A DNA stretch of 64,000 nucleotides from an uncultured Smithella sp. (GCA_964608995.1 CAZSQS010000001.1:25143-89142), one strand, 5' to 3'; positions 1 through 10,703 are shown, numbered from the stretch's first letter. Notes: generated by a model not told the origin, from the sequence alone. Numbers and translations are program-made.

Positions 1-1
1 T

Positions 2-793
2 GTGCTCCTGGCGGCAACGCTTTGCGGAGGTTGCAACATGCAAAACCAATTTTTGTATTTTCCCAATGATGAATGGCCAACCCCCGCCATGCTGGAGGCC
101 GAGCATCTGGCGCTGTGGCCATCCGGCGCGTCGGACTACCGGGGCCTGATTGCCGCTTCGCTCGCGCCTGCACCCAACGGAACGCTGGTCTTGTTTCACG
201 GAAACGGCGGAACAGCGTGGGACCGCAGTTTTTACATGGAGCCTTTTTCAAAGCTGGGGTTTCGCGTTGTGCTGGCGGAATACCCGAAATACGGGGGGAG
301 GCCCGGCAAGGTCGGCGAAAAGCCGTTTGTGGCCGACGCGCTTGAAACCGTTCGTCTGGCGCACGCCAAGTTTGGCGATCCGCTGTATCTGGTTGGAGAA
401 TCGCTGGGCTGCGGCGTTGCCGCCGCCGTGGCGAAGCAAACAACGATTCCGGTGGCCGGCATTATTTTGATCACCCCCTGGGACACGCTTGCGGCAGTGG
501 CCAAATCCCTGTTTCCGTTTTTGCCCGTCAAATTGGTTTTAACCGACCAATACGACAGCATCGGCAATCTGCTGGCGTTCCCGCGCCGGATTGCCGTGGT
601 CGCAGCCGAGCGTGATGAAATCCTGCCGATTCAACATGCGGAAAATCTCTTTGTGCATCTTCCCCCCGGCCGAAAGAAAATGTGGGTGATTCGCGGGGCG
701 GGGCACAACGACTGGCCGTTTTACGCTGAGGGGTCGCTGTTTCAGGAGGTTACAGATTTTGTGGTCAACCGCTCCTTAGAGAGCGTTCCATGA
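2..793 (+). CDS. alpha/beta-fold hydrolase (N-terminus may be cut by the window edge)
   Basis: ORF track. HGNGG motif, GESLG nucleophile elbow (GxSxG) and a late GAGHND His region. The stop overlaps the next start (ATGA at 790-793). Confidence 0.7.
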   Translation: MLLAATLCGGCNMQNQFLYFPNDEWPTPAMLEAEHLALWPSGASDYRGLIAASLAPAPNGTLVLFHGNGGTAWDRSFYMEPFSKLGFRVVLAEYPKYGGRPGKVGEKPFVADALETVRLAHAKFGDPLYLVGESLGCGVAAAVAKQTTIPVAGIILITPWDTLAAVAKSLFPFLPVKLVLTDQYDSIGNLLAFPRRIAVVAAERDEILPIQHAENLFVHLPPGRKKMWVIRGAGHNDWPFYAEGSLFQEVTDFVVNRSLESVP

Positions 794-1602
794 GCATCCA
801 AAGACAAACAGCGTTGATTACAGGGGCGTCCTCCGGCATTGGTTATGAGCTTGCGCACATTTTTGCAAAACGCGGTTATGACCTCTTGCTGGTCAGCCGA
901 AATGTTTCAAAGCTTGAAGCCCTTTCGGCCGAACTTGAAAAAAACAATGGGGTTTCCGTCACAATCCTGCCTGCGGATCTGTCGCGGCCCGGCTCGGCGG
1001 CGTTGGTGTTTGAGGAAACTGCAAGGCGAAATCTCGACGTTGACGTTCTCGTCAATAACGCAGGTGTCGGCCTCGCCGGCGAACACGTCGAGCAGGATAT
1101 CAGGCGGGTGACGGACCTGATTCAGATCAACACGACGACGCCCACTGAGCTGTGTCTTTTATTCGGGGCACAAATGAAAAAAAAGAAATCAGGCTATATT
1201 TTGAATGTCGCCTCCACCGCCGCCTACCAGCCGGTTCCCTATACCGCGGTTTACGGCGGGTCCAAAAGCTTTCTGCTCAATTTTTCCGAAGCGCTGGCCA
1301 TGGAACTCAAAGACTATAACGTGGGTGTGACCTGTCTTTCACCCGGCCCCACGGACACGGATTTTTTTGCCGCGCTGGGCGTGGAGGGATTGACGCAAAA
1401 GGAGCGGGGATTTTGGGCGAAGAAAAACCGCATGCCGTCGCACGAGGTCGCTGAAATTGGCGTAAGCGCCCTGTTTTCTAAAAAAATCTCGCAAATAGCT
1501 GGCGGTCTCAACGCGCTGATCGCCTTTATGAACCGCCTGGCCCCCAGAAAAGTATCTGCAAACGTCTCCAAAATACTCATGAGGAAGGCAGCCGGTCTTT
1601 AG
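790..1602 (+). CDS. short-chain dehydrogenase/reductase (SDR)
   Basis: TGASSGIGYE Rossmann motif, NNAG, and the YGGSK catalytic YxxxK. Confidence 0.85.
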   Translation: MSIQRQTALITGASSGIGYELAHIFAKRGYDLLLVSRNVSKLEALSAELEKNNGVSVTILPADLSRPGSAALVFEETARRNLDVDVLVNNAGVGLAGEHVEQDIRRVTDLIQINTTTPTELCLLFGAQMKKKKSGYILNVASTAAYQPVPYTAVYGGSKSFLLNFSEALAMELKDYNVGVTCLSPGPTDTDFFAALGVEGLTQKERGFWAKKNRMPSHEVAEIGVSALFSKKISQIAGGLNALIAFMNRLAPRKVSANVSKILMRKAAGL

Positions 1603-1631
1603 AATCCCCCTGTTTGCCCCGGTAGTTTGTC

Positions 1632-2180
1632 TCACGCTTTTTCAAAGTGGTGATAATCCTTCGGCTGATCGAAATTGCCGCCCCAGTGCCAGCCGCGCCT
1701 TAAAAATTCACGGACAACGGGATGATCGCCGGTGAGCACGCCGGGGTTTTGCGGTTTGTAAGAAGCGCCTTCGGGGGCAATCAGGCCGGTGGGGTAGATG
1801 ACGGGATTTTGAACGGGGTTTAAGTCGAAGGCGCGTCCGAAGGCATGGAGCGAAAGTTTATTCGTGCCCGCAATGACGCGAAAATTAAACGACGAGGCGT
1901 TATTGTCGGCCATCGAGGCTTCGTCATCCCAGTCATAGGCGACAATCGGTTTGACCTTCCCTACGGGAAACTTCAGCTTTTCGATGAGTTCAAATATTTC
2001 ATAGATGTCCTCTTCGAGACTGGAATCGACGAGAACTTGACCCGAGTGGCGAAGGCCGTCGAAGGAATAGTAAAAAATATCGCAAAGCGATAACGCATCG
2101 ATAATTTCCAGCGGCGCGGGGCTTCCCTCCACAGTTTCGGCAAAGGTCAGATTGCTGTCGATGACAATGGGCTCAGGCAT
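1632..2180 (-). CDS. M15-family (VanX/VanY/LAS-type) zinc D-Ala-D-Ala peptidase
   Basis: SLHAFGRAFD matches the SxHxxGxAxD zinc motif. C-terminal WHWGGNF..DYHHFE. Overlaps the upstream gene by 8 nt. Confidence 0.7.
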   Translation of the reverse strand: MPEPIVIDSNLTFAETVEGSPAPLEIIDALSLCDIFYYSFDGLRHSGQVLVDSSLEEDIYEIFELIEKLKFPVGKVKPIVAYDWDDEASMADNNASSFNFRVIAGTNKLSLHAFGRAFDLNPVQNPVIYPTGLIAPEGASYKPQNPGVLTGDHPVVREFLRRGWHWGGNFDQPKDYHHFEKA

Positions 2181-4629
2181 GGGAATTCTCCGTCTGGATG
2201 AATTTTTTCAGGCTCTCCTGAAGCGCTTTTTTCTCCCACGAGACTTCGCGGTAGATGTCGCGCACGGTGGCGCAATCGAGGCGGTTAAAGTCTTTCAGCG
2301 CCGGAATCACGAGGACACCCGCAAGATCAATGGCGCCAGGAGAGACAAAAATGCGTTCCTCGCCTTCGGCGTAATACGCATCCGGCCGGTGTTTGGAGCG
2401 TAGAAAGGTCGTCAGCCGATAGCGGCCCTTTTCGTAAAAACAAAAAACATTACATGGCGGCTCCCCGGTTGTCGCAAGCGTCTTTTTCACGGTTTTGAGG
2501 AAGGCCTGAAATCTTTCCGCCAGAGAATTGGCGTTGGTCGCCTCCAGGACCACCATGGCGCGGTCATTTGCGTCCGGTACAAGAATTTGTACGGAATCCT
2601 CCTCTATATTCAATCGGGTCTTGGGGCTTTGCTTTATAAATGGGAGCGCGCCTGCGGGAATCATCTGAAAATGCAGATGGTCCGGCGCGGATGCGCCTGC
2701 CGCCGGGCCGTTGTAAAATACGGTGTAGGCAGGTGAGACGTCGCGGGCGATTTGTAAAAGCGTACCGAGAGAGGAGGCCAGATCCTGCGATCTGTGTTCG
2801 CGGCTGACCACGGTGAAGTGTCGATCAAATATCGGCGCGGGATTGCAAAGGATAAGGAAATCGCCCCGGTAGGTAAGAGCGTGCTGGTCGGGCGGCCGGT
2901 TTTTGTCGCATAAAAAACAGGGGCGACGTCGGATGGATTCCGGATCGACAGCGGCCCGGGCGCTGACGGCGCGCGCCGGGTTGAACTGCAATGTCACGCG
3001 ATAATTTCCGCAATCCAGCTCCCGCGTTTGAGTTTGATCTAGCGCTTGGCAGGCGGACAAAAGCGCGGGCCAGGAGCGTTTTTGGGATTCGAAAAAAGCC
3101 AGGCACAGCTCGGGCAAGGATGTCTCGCTTTTTCCGGGATATTCCGAAAAAAGGCTGGCCTGCGACGTCTCGCCGTAGGGAACGGTTTCAAACCGTTCCC
3201 TACACAGATTTTGTCTGACCGAAATTTCGAGTGTTCGAAGCCGGTCTTTGTAATAGTCGTTGAGGTTTTGCTTTTCAACGCAGAGGGCCGAATCGGTGTT
3301 GTCGGACCAGCGGCGGCAAAGATAGAGGCTTTCGTAGATCCGGCCGATTTTATACTCGCGCGTGAACTTAAGCGCCACGGCGTAATCTTCGCCATAGCTG
3401 ACGTTGGGAAAACCGGTTTGCCTGAGCGCCGCCACATCAAAGGCGCGCGGCGCGCCCATGCCGTTGATCCGAAGCAGGTTGTTATGACCGTTGGCTTTTG
3501 TCCATTCCCGGTGGTCGATGAGCCCCGGCGGGATCGGCTGAAGCTGCTCATTGACGAGTGTATAAGACCCGACGATCATGGCGTAAGGCCCGCGGCGGAG
3601 CTTGTCCACGATTTTTTGCAGAGTCTTGGGCGAGCTGTAAAGATCGTCGGAGTCGAGCTGAACGGCATAGCGGCCGCACAAAGAAGAGTAAACGGCTTCA
3701 TTCCAGCATCCGCCAATGCCCAGATCGCGCCTTGACGGCACAAGGACATGAACATGCGGGGAACGGGCGCTATATTTTTTCAGCACGCAGGCGGTGCCGT
3801 CCGTAGAGAAGTTGTCCACGACCAGAATGTTGAACGGAAAATCCGTCTCTTGCGACAGCGCGCTGTCGAGCGCCTCGCCAATGGTCTTTTTGCGATTGAA
3901 AACAGGAATGATGATACTGGCCTTCCACTGCTCGTCTTTTGGCGGCGCAAGCGTTGTGCGTGTGCGCTGCGGCAGCCAGGCCGAAATGCGCTTCAGGTAA
4001 GCCGTGGCAATCTTTTCGAGCTTTTTCTGGCGTGCGGCGTTTTCTTTGGCCACATAGGCAAAGTGCGCCTCTGACTTGATGCCTGCGTGCTTTGACTTGC
4101 GTATTTTCCTGGCCGACGCACGATACAAGTATTCCGGAAGATGAATCAGTTTGTGATCGATTGAGAGCTTCAGGCGCAGATCATACAGCGCCGTAGAGGG
4201 GTCGTTGGGCAGCGCGCCGTATCGTTGAATCGCCACGAAGATGGCTTTCGCGCAGAGGATATAAAAAGGGCCGAAGTTAAAATCGTCGCGAATTGCGCCC
4301 GTCTGGTAGTCGTTGAGCGGATGCGGCGTGAGAGCGCCTCCCGCATCCACCAGAAAATCTGCAAAGACCAGCCCCGCGCCCGTTTCGCGGGCGAGTGTTC
4401 TGAACCGGTCAAGCGAAAGCGCGTCGCAGGCAATATCAAAGGCCTCATCGGAGACCAGCAGATAGCCGCTCGTTAATTTTTTAAAAAATCCGGCGGGCCT
4501 GTGGATCTCGACGGGTGTGCCGGACATGATGGAACGCTGTGTGGAATCCGGCGGGCACAACAAGGTCTGATCATCCTCGGGGAGATGATAAAGAAGAGAT
4601 GTTCCCAATCGATAAAGGACAGGTTTCAT
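2173..4629 (-). CDS. multidomain protein: unknown N-terminal region + family-2 glycosyltransferase + C-terminal GalT/HIT-like (DUF4922-type) nucleotidyltransferase/phosphorylase domain
   Basis: GT2 signature IIIPVFNRKKTIGEALDSALSQ..NILVVDNFSTDGT..QLDSDD. C-terminal PDHLHFQMIP matches the HxHxQ histidine-triad-like motif. Confidence 0.7.
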   Translation of the reverse strand: MKPVLYRLGTSLLYHLPEDDQTLLCPPDSTQRSIMSGTPVEIHRPAGFFKKLTSGYLLVSDEAFDIACDALSLDRFRTLARETGAGLVFADFLVDAGGALTPHPLNDYQTGAIRDDFNFGPFYILCAKAIFVAIQRYGALPNDPSTALYDLRLKLSIDHKLIHLPEYLYRASARKIRKSKHAGIKSEAHFAYVAKENAARQKKLEKIATAYLKRISAWLPQRTRTTLAPPKDEQWKASIIIPVFNRKKTIGEALDSALSQETDFPFNILVVDNFSTDGTACVLKKYSARSPHVHVLVPSRRDLGIGGCWNEAVYSSLCGRYAVQLDSDDLYSSPKTLQKIVDKLRRGPYAMIVGSYTLVNEQLQPIPPGLIDHREWTKANGHNNLLRINGMGAPRAFDVAALRQTGFPNVSYGEDYAVALKFTREYKIGRIYESLYLCRRWSDNTDSALCVEKQNLNDYYKDRLRTLEISVRQNLCRERFETVPYGETSQASLFSEYPGKSETSLPELCLAFFESQKRSWPALLSACQALDQTQTRELDCGNYRVTLQFNPARAVSARAAVDPESIRRRPCFLCDKNRPPDQHALTYRGDFLILCNPAPIFDRHFTVVSREHRSQDLASSLGTLLQIARDVSPAYTVFYNGPAAGASAPDHLHFQMIPAGALPFIKQSPKTRLNIEEDSVQILVPDANDRAMVVLEATNANSLAERFQAFLKTVKKTLATTGEPPCNVFCFYEKGRYRLTTFLRSKHRPDAYYAEGEERIFVSPGAIDLAGVLVIPALKDFNRLDCATVRDIYREVSWEKKALQESLKKFIQTENSHA

Positions 4630-4650
4630 GAGGCTCTTTTTCAGAGGCGC

Positions 4651-5187
4651 TTAGAAATTCGACATCATCAGTGTCCAGGCCCGCTCCGCCGTATCGCGCG
4701 CGAGTTTGGCCAGAGAATTTTTGCGAGCCGAAGGCAGCAAATTGATATCGTCATCGAGTTTATAGTCCACCGAGCCGGTGACGCCCCGCGATGACCAGAG
4801 GGTTTTCCCGCTGGCTGTCTCGCGGAGGGTTACTTCCATGGTCACCACGGCCCGCTCTTCGGCCGCCAGAATCGATCGGCGGTAGGACAGAGCCGTCGTG
4901 GTGAAGCTCAGCACATTGCCGGCAAGGATGGCGTCCGCCTCGCCTGCGCTGGAGACGGTTTTAAAACGGCTGTTTGACAGGATCTGGTCAATAAACGCCG
5001 TGCGCAGATCATTTTCCAGCTGGGCCTGCGCCGTCATATTGCCAAACGGCGCCACGTAAATTGTGCGGATGTTGGCTCCGATATGCTCGCCCTGCGGCGA
5101 AAACGCGTACCCGCAGCCGAGAACGGCCACCATGAAACCCATGGCGGCAAAGGCAAGAAAACTTTTGCGAAGCAAGGCAGGCGTCAT
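4651..5187 (-). CDS. lptE: LPS-assembly lipoprotein LptE-like
   Basis: Signal peptide with lipobox AVLGC. About 175 aa and immediately downstream of leuS, the conserved leuS-lptE synteny. Confidence 0.55.
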   Translation of the reverse strand: MTPALLRKSFLAFAAMGFMVAVLGCGYAFSPQGEHIGANIRTIYVAPFGNMTAQAQLENDLRTAFIDQILSNSRFKTVSSAGEADAILAGNVLSFTTTALSYRRSILAAEERAVVTMEVTLRETASGKTLWSSRGVTGSVDYKLDDDINLLPSARKNSLAKLARDTAERAWTLMMSNF

Positions 5188-5196
5188 GAGGGCTTC

Positions 5197-7773
5197 CTAT
5201 TTGGCCACGATGTTGACAAGCTTTTTGGGCACGTAAATCACCTTCAGAACTTTGGCATTGCCCAGGAAGGAGATAATCTTTTCATCCGCGAGGGCATCGG
5301 CCTTGATCTTGTCTTCCGGTTCGTCCACCGGGACGGTCAACCGACTGCGGAGTTTTCCATTGATCTGGAGAACAATCGTCATTTCATCTTCACTGGCAAT
5401 GGCCGGATCGAAAACAGGCCAGGGCATGTCGGCTGCGGATTTTGGTTGCCCCAGTATCTGCCAGAGCTCTTCGGTGATGTGCGGAACGATGGGTGTTAAA
5501 AGCAATATCGCCGCTTCGAGCGCTTCGCGCACGACGGACAGCGCTGTCTTATCCTCTTTTTCCGGGCGTTTCACGCCATACAGAACGTTGACCAGTTCCA
5601 TCACCGCGCTGATGGCCGTGTTGAAATGGAAGCGGTCTTCGATGTCCTGCGTGACCTTGGCAATGGTCTGGTGCGTTTTTCGGCGAAGCGCCTTGAACTC
5701 GTCGTTAAGCTCCAGAGAGCCGCTTGCCGCCGCGACGGATTGAATGTCCTCCAGATAATCGTCAAAGATGCGCCACAGGCGGCCCAAAAACCGGAAGGAG
5801 CCATCGACGCCCTGCTCGCTCCATTCCAGATCTTTTTCGGGCGGCGCGGCAAACAGACAGAACATGCGCGCTGTGTCGGCGCCGTAGGTTTTAACCAGAA
5901 AATCCGGATCGATGACATTTTTGAGCGACTTGGACATTTTTTCAGTCTTGCCGACGATCACGTCTTTGCCGCAAAGAGAACATTTGCCGCCCGCTCCCTG
6001 CTCGGGGAAGAGGTAGCCGTGTTCCGGGCATTTCATGGTTTCTTTGCAGACCATGCCCTGCGTGAGCAGATTCGTAAACGGTTCATCCACGCCGACCACG
6101 CCGAAATCGCGCAGCATCTTGGTATAGAAGCGTGCATACAGCAGATGCAAAATGGCGTGTTCGATGCCGCCGATGTACTGATCCACCGGCATCCAGTAGT
6201 CCACCGCCTTGCGATCAAGGCCGGGCTTTGTGTCGCAATGCGGCGAGCAGTAGCGTTCGAAATACCACGAGGATTCGACAAACGTATCCATTGTGTCGGT
6301 TTCGCGTTTGGCCGCGCCGCCGCATTGAGGGCAGGTCGTATTGACAAATTCGGAAAGCGCCGCCAGCGGCGAGCCGCCCTCCGGGCTGAACGTGACATTT
6401 TCCGGCAGCACCACCGGCAGGTCTTTTTCCGGCACCGGTACGATGCCGCACTTATCGCAGGTAATCATGGGAATGGGCGCGCCCCAGTAACGCTGGCGGG
6501 AAATGCCCCAGTCGCGAAGACGGTATTGCACCGTGCGTTTGCCTTTGCCTTCGGCTTCCAGAAATTCGGCGATGGCATCGAGCACTTTCGTGTTTTCCAT
6601 GCCGTTAAATTGGCCGGAATTAACCAGCACGCCTTCATCGACATAGGCTTCGGTCATCGTGGCCGCGTCCAGTTGTTTGTCTTTCGGTTGGATGACGACA
6701 ATCAGCGGCAGATTGAACTTTTTGGCAAATTCGAAATCGCGCTGATCGTGTGTGGGAACCGCCATGACGCAACCGGTGCCGTAATCGGCCAATACGAAGT
6801 TGGCGGCGTAGATGGGCATTTCGCATCCGGTGAGCGGATTGAGGCAGTAGGAATCGAGAAACAGACCTTCCTTTTCATAGTACTCCGAAGTCCGCATCAG
6901 CTTGTCTTGCTTTTTGACTTTTTCGACAAATGTGCGGACGTTGCTTTCGCAGGGCTTTCCTTTGGCCAGTTCCATCACCAGCGGATGCTCGGCGGCCACC
7001 AGCATGAAGGTCGCGCCAAAGAGCGTGTCCTGGCGGGTGGTGAAAACCGAAATGGCGCCTTTCCCGTCAACTCTGGGGAAATCGACCAGGCAGCCGGTGC
7101 TTTTGCCGATCCAGTTTTTCTGCATCGTCATGACGCGCTCGGGCCAGCCGGGGAGCTTGTCGCAATAATCGAGGAGTTCTTCGATATAGGCGGTGATTTT
7201 GAAAAACCACTGATCGAGCACTTTTTCCGTAACTTCCGTGCCGCAGCGCCAGCAAAGCCCGCCTTCGACCTGCTCATTGGCCAGCACCGTGTCGCACTTG
7301 GCGCAAAAATTAACGCTGGAGCGTTTTTTATAGGCCAGGCCTTTTTCGACCATCCAGATAAAGAAGAGCTGCTCCCAGCGGTAATACTCAGGTTCGCAGG
7401 TGGCGACTTCCCGGTCCCAGTCGTAGCTGAAACCCATGCGCTTGAGCTGCTTTTTCATGTGGTCGATGTTTTCATGCGTCCATTTCGACGGATGAATTTT
7501 ATGTTCGATGGCGGCGTTTTCCGCGGGCATGCCGAAAGCGTCCCAGCCGATCGGATGCAGGACGTTGAATCCTTTCATCCGTTTATAGCGGGCCACGACA
7601 TCGCCGATGGTGTAGTTGCGCACATGGCCGATATGGATTTTGCCGGAGGGGTAGGGAAACATTTCCAGCAGGTAGTATTTCTTTTTATCCGGGTCTTCAG
7701 TGACCGCAAACGTTTTTTCGTCTTCCCATTTTTTCTGCCATTTTTCTTCAATGGTGATCGGATCGTATTTCAT
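5197..7773 (-). CDS. leuS: leucyl-tRNA synthetase
   Basis: 858 aa class I aaRS with HIGH-type (HIGHVRNY) and KMSKS motifs, and the typical LeuS N-terminus YDPxxIExKWQxxW. Confidence 0.97.
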   Translation of the reverse strand: MKYDPITIEEKWQKKWEDEKTFAVTEDPDKKKYYLLEMFPYPSGKIHIGHVRNYTIGDVVARYKRMKGFNVLHPIGWDAFGMPAENAAIEHKIHPSKWTHENIDHMKKQLKRMGFSYDWDREVATCEPEYYRWEQLFFIWMVEKGLAYKKRSSVNFCAKCDTVLANEQVEGGLCWRCGTEVTEKVLDQWFFKITAYIEELLDYCDKLPGWPERVMTMQKNWIGKSTGCLVDFPRVDGKGAISVFTTRQDTLFGATFMLVAAEHPLVMELAKGKPCESNVRTFVEKVKKQDKLMRTSEYYEKEGLFLDSYCLNPLTGCEMPIYAANFVLADYGTGCVMAVPTHDQRDFEFAKKFNLPLIVVIQPKDKQLDAATMTEAYVDEGVLVNSGQFNGMENTKVLDAIAEFLEAEGKGKRTVQYRLRDWGISRQRYWGAPIPMITCDKCGIVPVPEKDLPVVLPENVTFSPEGGSPLAALSEFVNTTCPQCGGAAKRETDTMDTFVESSWYFERYCSPHCDTKPGLDRKAVDYWMPVDQYIGGIEHAILHLLYARFYTKMLRDFGVVGVDEPFTNLLTQGMVCKETMKCPEHGYLFPEQGAGGKCSLCGKDVIVGKTEKMSKSLKNVIDPDFLVKTYGADTARMFCLFAAPPEKDLEWSEQGVDGSFRFLGRLWRIFDDYLEDIQSVAAASGSLELNDEFKALRRKTHQTIAKVTQDIEDRFHFNTAISAVMELVNVLYGVKRPEKEDKTALSVVREALEAAILLLTPIVPHITEELWQILGQPKSAADMPWPVFDPAIASEDEMTIVLQINGKLRSRLTVPVDEPEDKIKADALADEKIISFLGNAKVLKVIYVPKKLVNIVAK

Positions 7774-7911
7774 GATGATGGTAGGCTCCCAAATAAATTC
7801 AATAATTCGGCGATTGGCTTAGCATATTGGTCCTTTTGGCGCAAGGGACAAGCAAAAAGGGTGCATGGGGCGTTGTAAAGGGCTGGAGGCAAATAAAAAA
7901 AGCGCTCTGCG

Positions 7912-8652
7912 TTAAGTTTTCTTGCAGCCAATATGCAGCCAGGTGATCCCGAAGGTCAACGGGAATTTTTCGACGCGGACCATGCCCGCCTTTTCCATAA
8001 TCCGTGAAAATTCATCAGGCGACGGAAAATTCATGATCGAGTCAGCCAGATAGTGATAGGCGGCTGGATTTGAAGAAAAAAGCCTTGCAAAGGTCGGCAG
8101 CAGATAATTCAGATAGACATAGTAGAGAAATTTGAAAAAGCGGTTTTGCACAAACGTCATCTCCAGCACCATCACCTGTCCGCCGGGGGCCGTGACGCGC
8201 AGCATTTCCGACAGGGCGCGCGCACGGTCGGGAATGTTGCGGATGCCAAAGGCGATGCCGGTGGCGTCAAAGGCATTGTCTTCAAAGGGCAGATTCAGCG
8301 CGTCGCCCTGCATAAAGGCAATGCGTCCGGTGAGCCCTTTTGAAACTATTTTTTTCTGGGCGGCTTCAACCATCTGAGGCACAAAGTCAAGGCCGGTGAC
8401 CGAAATGTCCGGATGCGTCAAGGCCGCGGCAATTGCCAGATCCCCCGTGCCGCAGGCGACATCGAGATAGCGGTGGGTGCGAAAAAAAACCATTTTCTTT
8501 GCGGTGAAGTTGCGCCAGTAAACATCGCGTCTCAGGCTCAGAAAGCGGTTTAGAAAATCGTACGAGCCGGTGATGGTCGAAAAGATGTCCCGAACCATCC
8601 GGATGCGCTCCTGATCCGTCGCCGAATTGATGTGAGGATATTTGGGTGTCAC
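7912..8652 (-). CDS. ubiE: demethylmenaquinone / ubiquinone C-methyltransferase (UbiE/MenG family)
   Basis: F..I...YD..N...S.....WR N-terminal pattern and the SAM motif LDVACGTGDL. Confidence 0.85.
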   Translation of the reverse strand: MTPKYPHINSATDQERIRMVRDIFSTITGSYDFLNRFLSLRRDVYWRNFTAKKMVFFRTHRYLDVACGTGDLAIAAALTHPDISVTGLDFVPQMVEAAQKKIVSKGLTGRIAFMQGDALNLPFEDNAFDATGIAFGIRNIPDRARALSEMLRVTAPGGQVMVLEMTFVQNRFFKFLYYVYLNYLLPTFARLFSSNPAAYHYLADSIMNFPSPDEFSRIMEKAGMVRVEKFPLTFGITWLHIGCKKT

Positions 8653-8850
8653 CGGATACTTGCGCTCCCTTCTGAATCGCCGTGCCGGGACTTACCAACC
8701 CAGCGGCGCAAAATCAAGCAGAAATAACTTGAATTCCGGAAGCATATCCCTTATTCATCAGGCTATCTTTTTTGAAAATGAATCTGGCGTTCCTCCGAGA
8801 CCCTGCCGTATGAAAGGCACGCTGATCTGAATCCGAATCGCTTCATTGGG

Positions 8851-10122
8851 GTGGCCATGGCTATAGAAAATTTATCGTTTGAAACCTCCCGCCGGGCGGT
8901 TCGAAAATATCTGATCAGCATTTGTCTGGTTGTCACGCTGGTCATTCTGGCCGTTTTCGGCGGTTTTTATCTCCGCACAGAAAATCTTTTTCGCGAGCAG
9001 CTGGTGAACAATGGCCGCTCTTTTTTCGAAGGGATCGTCATGACCCGCCTGTGGCTGGCTTCCCACGAAGGCGTTTACATCCGCAAAACGCCCGGGACGG
9101 AGGTCAATCCCTACCTTGCGGCCATTCCAGGGCTCAAATTAACGCTTCGGGATGCCGACGGGCAACTCTATATTTTAAAAAATCCGGCCCTGGTGACGCG
9201 AGAGATTTCTCAAATCGCCGAAGGCAAGGGGGTTTTGAGGTTTCATATCACCAGTCTCAATCCCGTTAACCCGTCCAATGCGCCGGACGCATTTGAAAGG
9301 CGTGCGCTGGGGGCCTTTGCCAAAGGGGAGCGGGAAGACTCTACTTTTGAGAAAACCGATCAGGGGCAGGTGTTTCGCTATATGGCGCCGCTTGTCACCG
9401 AAGTGTCGTGTCTTCGCTGTCACGAAGCCCAGGGCTATCGGGCAGGCGATGTCCGCGGCGGAATCAGCGTTACCCTTCCCGCCGGGCAGACGCTCCGGCA
9501 GATGCGGATTCACAGCCTTTATCTGGCGGCCGCCGTAATGGGTGTTATTCTCTTTATTGTTTTCATGGTTTATTTTATTGCAACCTATTTCATCAAGGAT
9601 CTGCGATTGGCCGAGCGCAAACTGTTTGATATGGCCACCACCGATGCGCTGACGGGGGTTTACAACCGGCGCGAAGGATTCCGGAGGCTTGAAGCCGAAG
9701 CCCTGCGCGCCTCCCGCGCGAAAACGCCGCTTAGTGTGATGATGGCGGACATCGATCATTTTAAAAACATCAACGACACCCACGGGCATCAGGTCGGAGA
9801 CGAAGTGCTCAAGCGCGTGGCGTCCACTCTGAAAAACGCTCTGCGGGCCTCCGATATGCTCTGCCGTTACGGCGGAGAGGAATTCCTGATTCTGGCAACG
9901 GAAACGGACCTCGATAACGTGAAGCGTCTGGCCGAAAGGCTTCGCCTCATCGTTGAGGAAATGTCCATCACGCTTTCCGGGGGCGTGGAAATCAAGGTCA
10001 CCCTGAGCTTTGGCGTGGCGCAATACCTGCCCCAGGAAACGCATGAATACGTAATTTTCCGTGCCGATCAGGCGCTTTACCAGGCCAAGCAAAACGGCCG
10101 CAATCGTGTCTGCGTGGGATAA
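8851..10122 (+). CDS. diguanylate cyclase with periplasmic heme-c sensor domain (DUF3365/Tll0287-like)
   Basis: Two TM segments flank a domain containing CLRCH (CxxCH at 9409-9423). C-terminal GGDEF domain (RYGGEEF, DHFKxIND). Confidence 0.85.
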   Translation: MAMAIENLSFETSRRAVRKYLISICLVVTLVILAVFGGFYLRTENLFREQLVNNGRSFFEGIVMTRLWLASHEGVYIRKTPGTEVNPYLAAIPGLKLTLRDADGQLYILKNPALVTREISQIAEGKGVLRFHITSLNPVNPSNAPDAFERRALGAFAKGEREDSTFEKTDQGQVFRYMAPLVTEVSCLRCHEAQGYRAGDVRGGISVTLPAGQTLRQMRIHSLYLAAAVMGVILFIVFMVYFIATYFIKDLRLAERKLFDMATTDALTGVYNRREGFRRLEAEALRASRAKTPLSVMMADIDHFKNINDTHGHQVGDEVLKRVASTLKNALRASDMLCRYGGEEFLILATETDLDNVKRLAERLRLIVEEMSITLSGGVEIKVTLSFGVAQYLPQETHEYVIFRADQALYQAKQNGRNRVCVG

Positions 10123-10139
10123 AACGACTCCGGGAATAG

Positions 10140-10186
10140 AACCTCCCCGCCGCCTGTCTGGAAAGGCGGCGGGGAGGTTGGTTTTT
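10140..10186 (+). terminator. intrinsic terminator between convergent genes
   Basis: 15-bp perfect stem AACCTCCCCGCCGCC / GGCGGCGGGGAGGTT with a 10-nt loop, followed by GGTTTTT. Confidence 0.7.
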
Positions 10187-10679
10187 ATGAGGATTTTATG
10201 AGGATTTTTGTTGCACGGGATTGCGAGGCTGCGCTTTTGGCAACGGTAATATTCAGCACACCGTTTTTGAAGCTGGCCCGGGCCTTGTCCTCGCCGGCTT
10301 CGACAGCAAGCGGGATGAACCGCTCGAAAGAGCCGTAAGAGCGCTCCATGTAGTAATAGTTTTTGCCCTTATCCTCTTTTTCTTCCTTTTTTTCACCCTT
10401 GATGGTCACGCCGTCGGCGGATACCGTTACATCAATATCCAACTCATCAACGCCGGGAAGTTCGGCGCGAATGACGTAGTCCTTATCACTTTCCTTGACG
10501 TCCACAGACGGCAGAAACGATCCCCCACCACCTGCGGTCAGCGATCGCGGCGCGGCATCAACCCCTGAAAAAAAATCGTCAAACAAACTGTTCATCTGTC
10601 GCTGCAGAGCGTAGAAGGGATGATCATCATCACTTCTGGCAGCTCTTGACGCGATCGGCAAAAAGTTTTTTATCCTCAT
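10185..10679 (-). CDS. Hsp20/alpha-crystallin small heat-shock protein (paralog 1)
   Basis: Alpha-crystallin domain (PSVDVKESDKDYVIRAELPGV..FxNGVLNItV). Start moved to the Met at 10679, which has AGGAGG 8 nt upstream. Confidence 0.85.
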   Translation of the reverse strand: MRIKNFLPIASRAARSDDDHPFYALQRQMNSLFDDFFSGVDAAPRSLTAGGGGSFLPSVDVKESDKDYVIRAELPGVDELDIDVTVSADGVTIKGEKKEEKEDKGKNYYYMERSYGSFERFIPLAVEAGEDKARASFKNGVLNITVAKSAASQSRATKILIKSS

Positions 10680-10703
10680 GACCAAAACCTCCTTTCTTTG
10701 ATT

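Noticed and set aside
5626-7878. 750 aa plus-strand ORF antisense to leuS
   Set aside because: It is a shadow frame of a strongly supported GC-rich gene. The translation is low-complexity (R/A/G/F-rich), has no motifs, and runs through the leuS promoter region.
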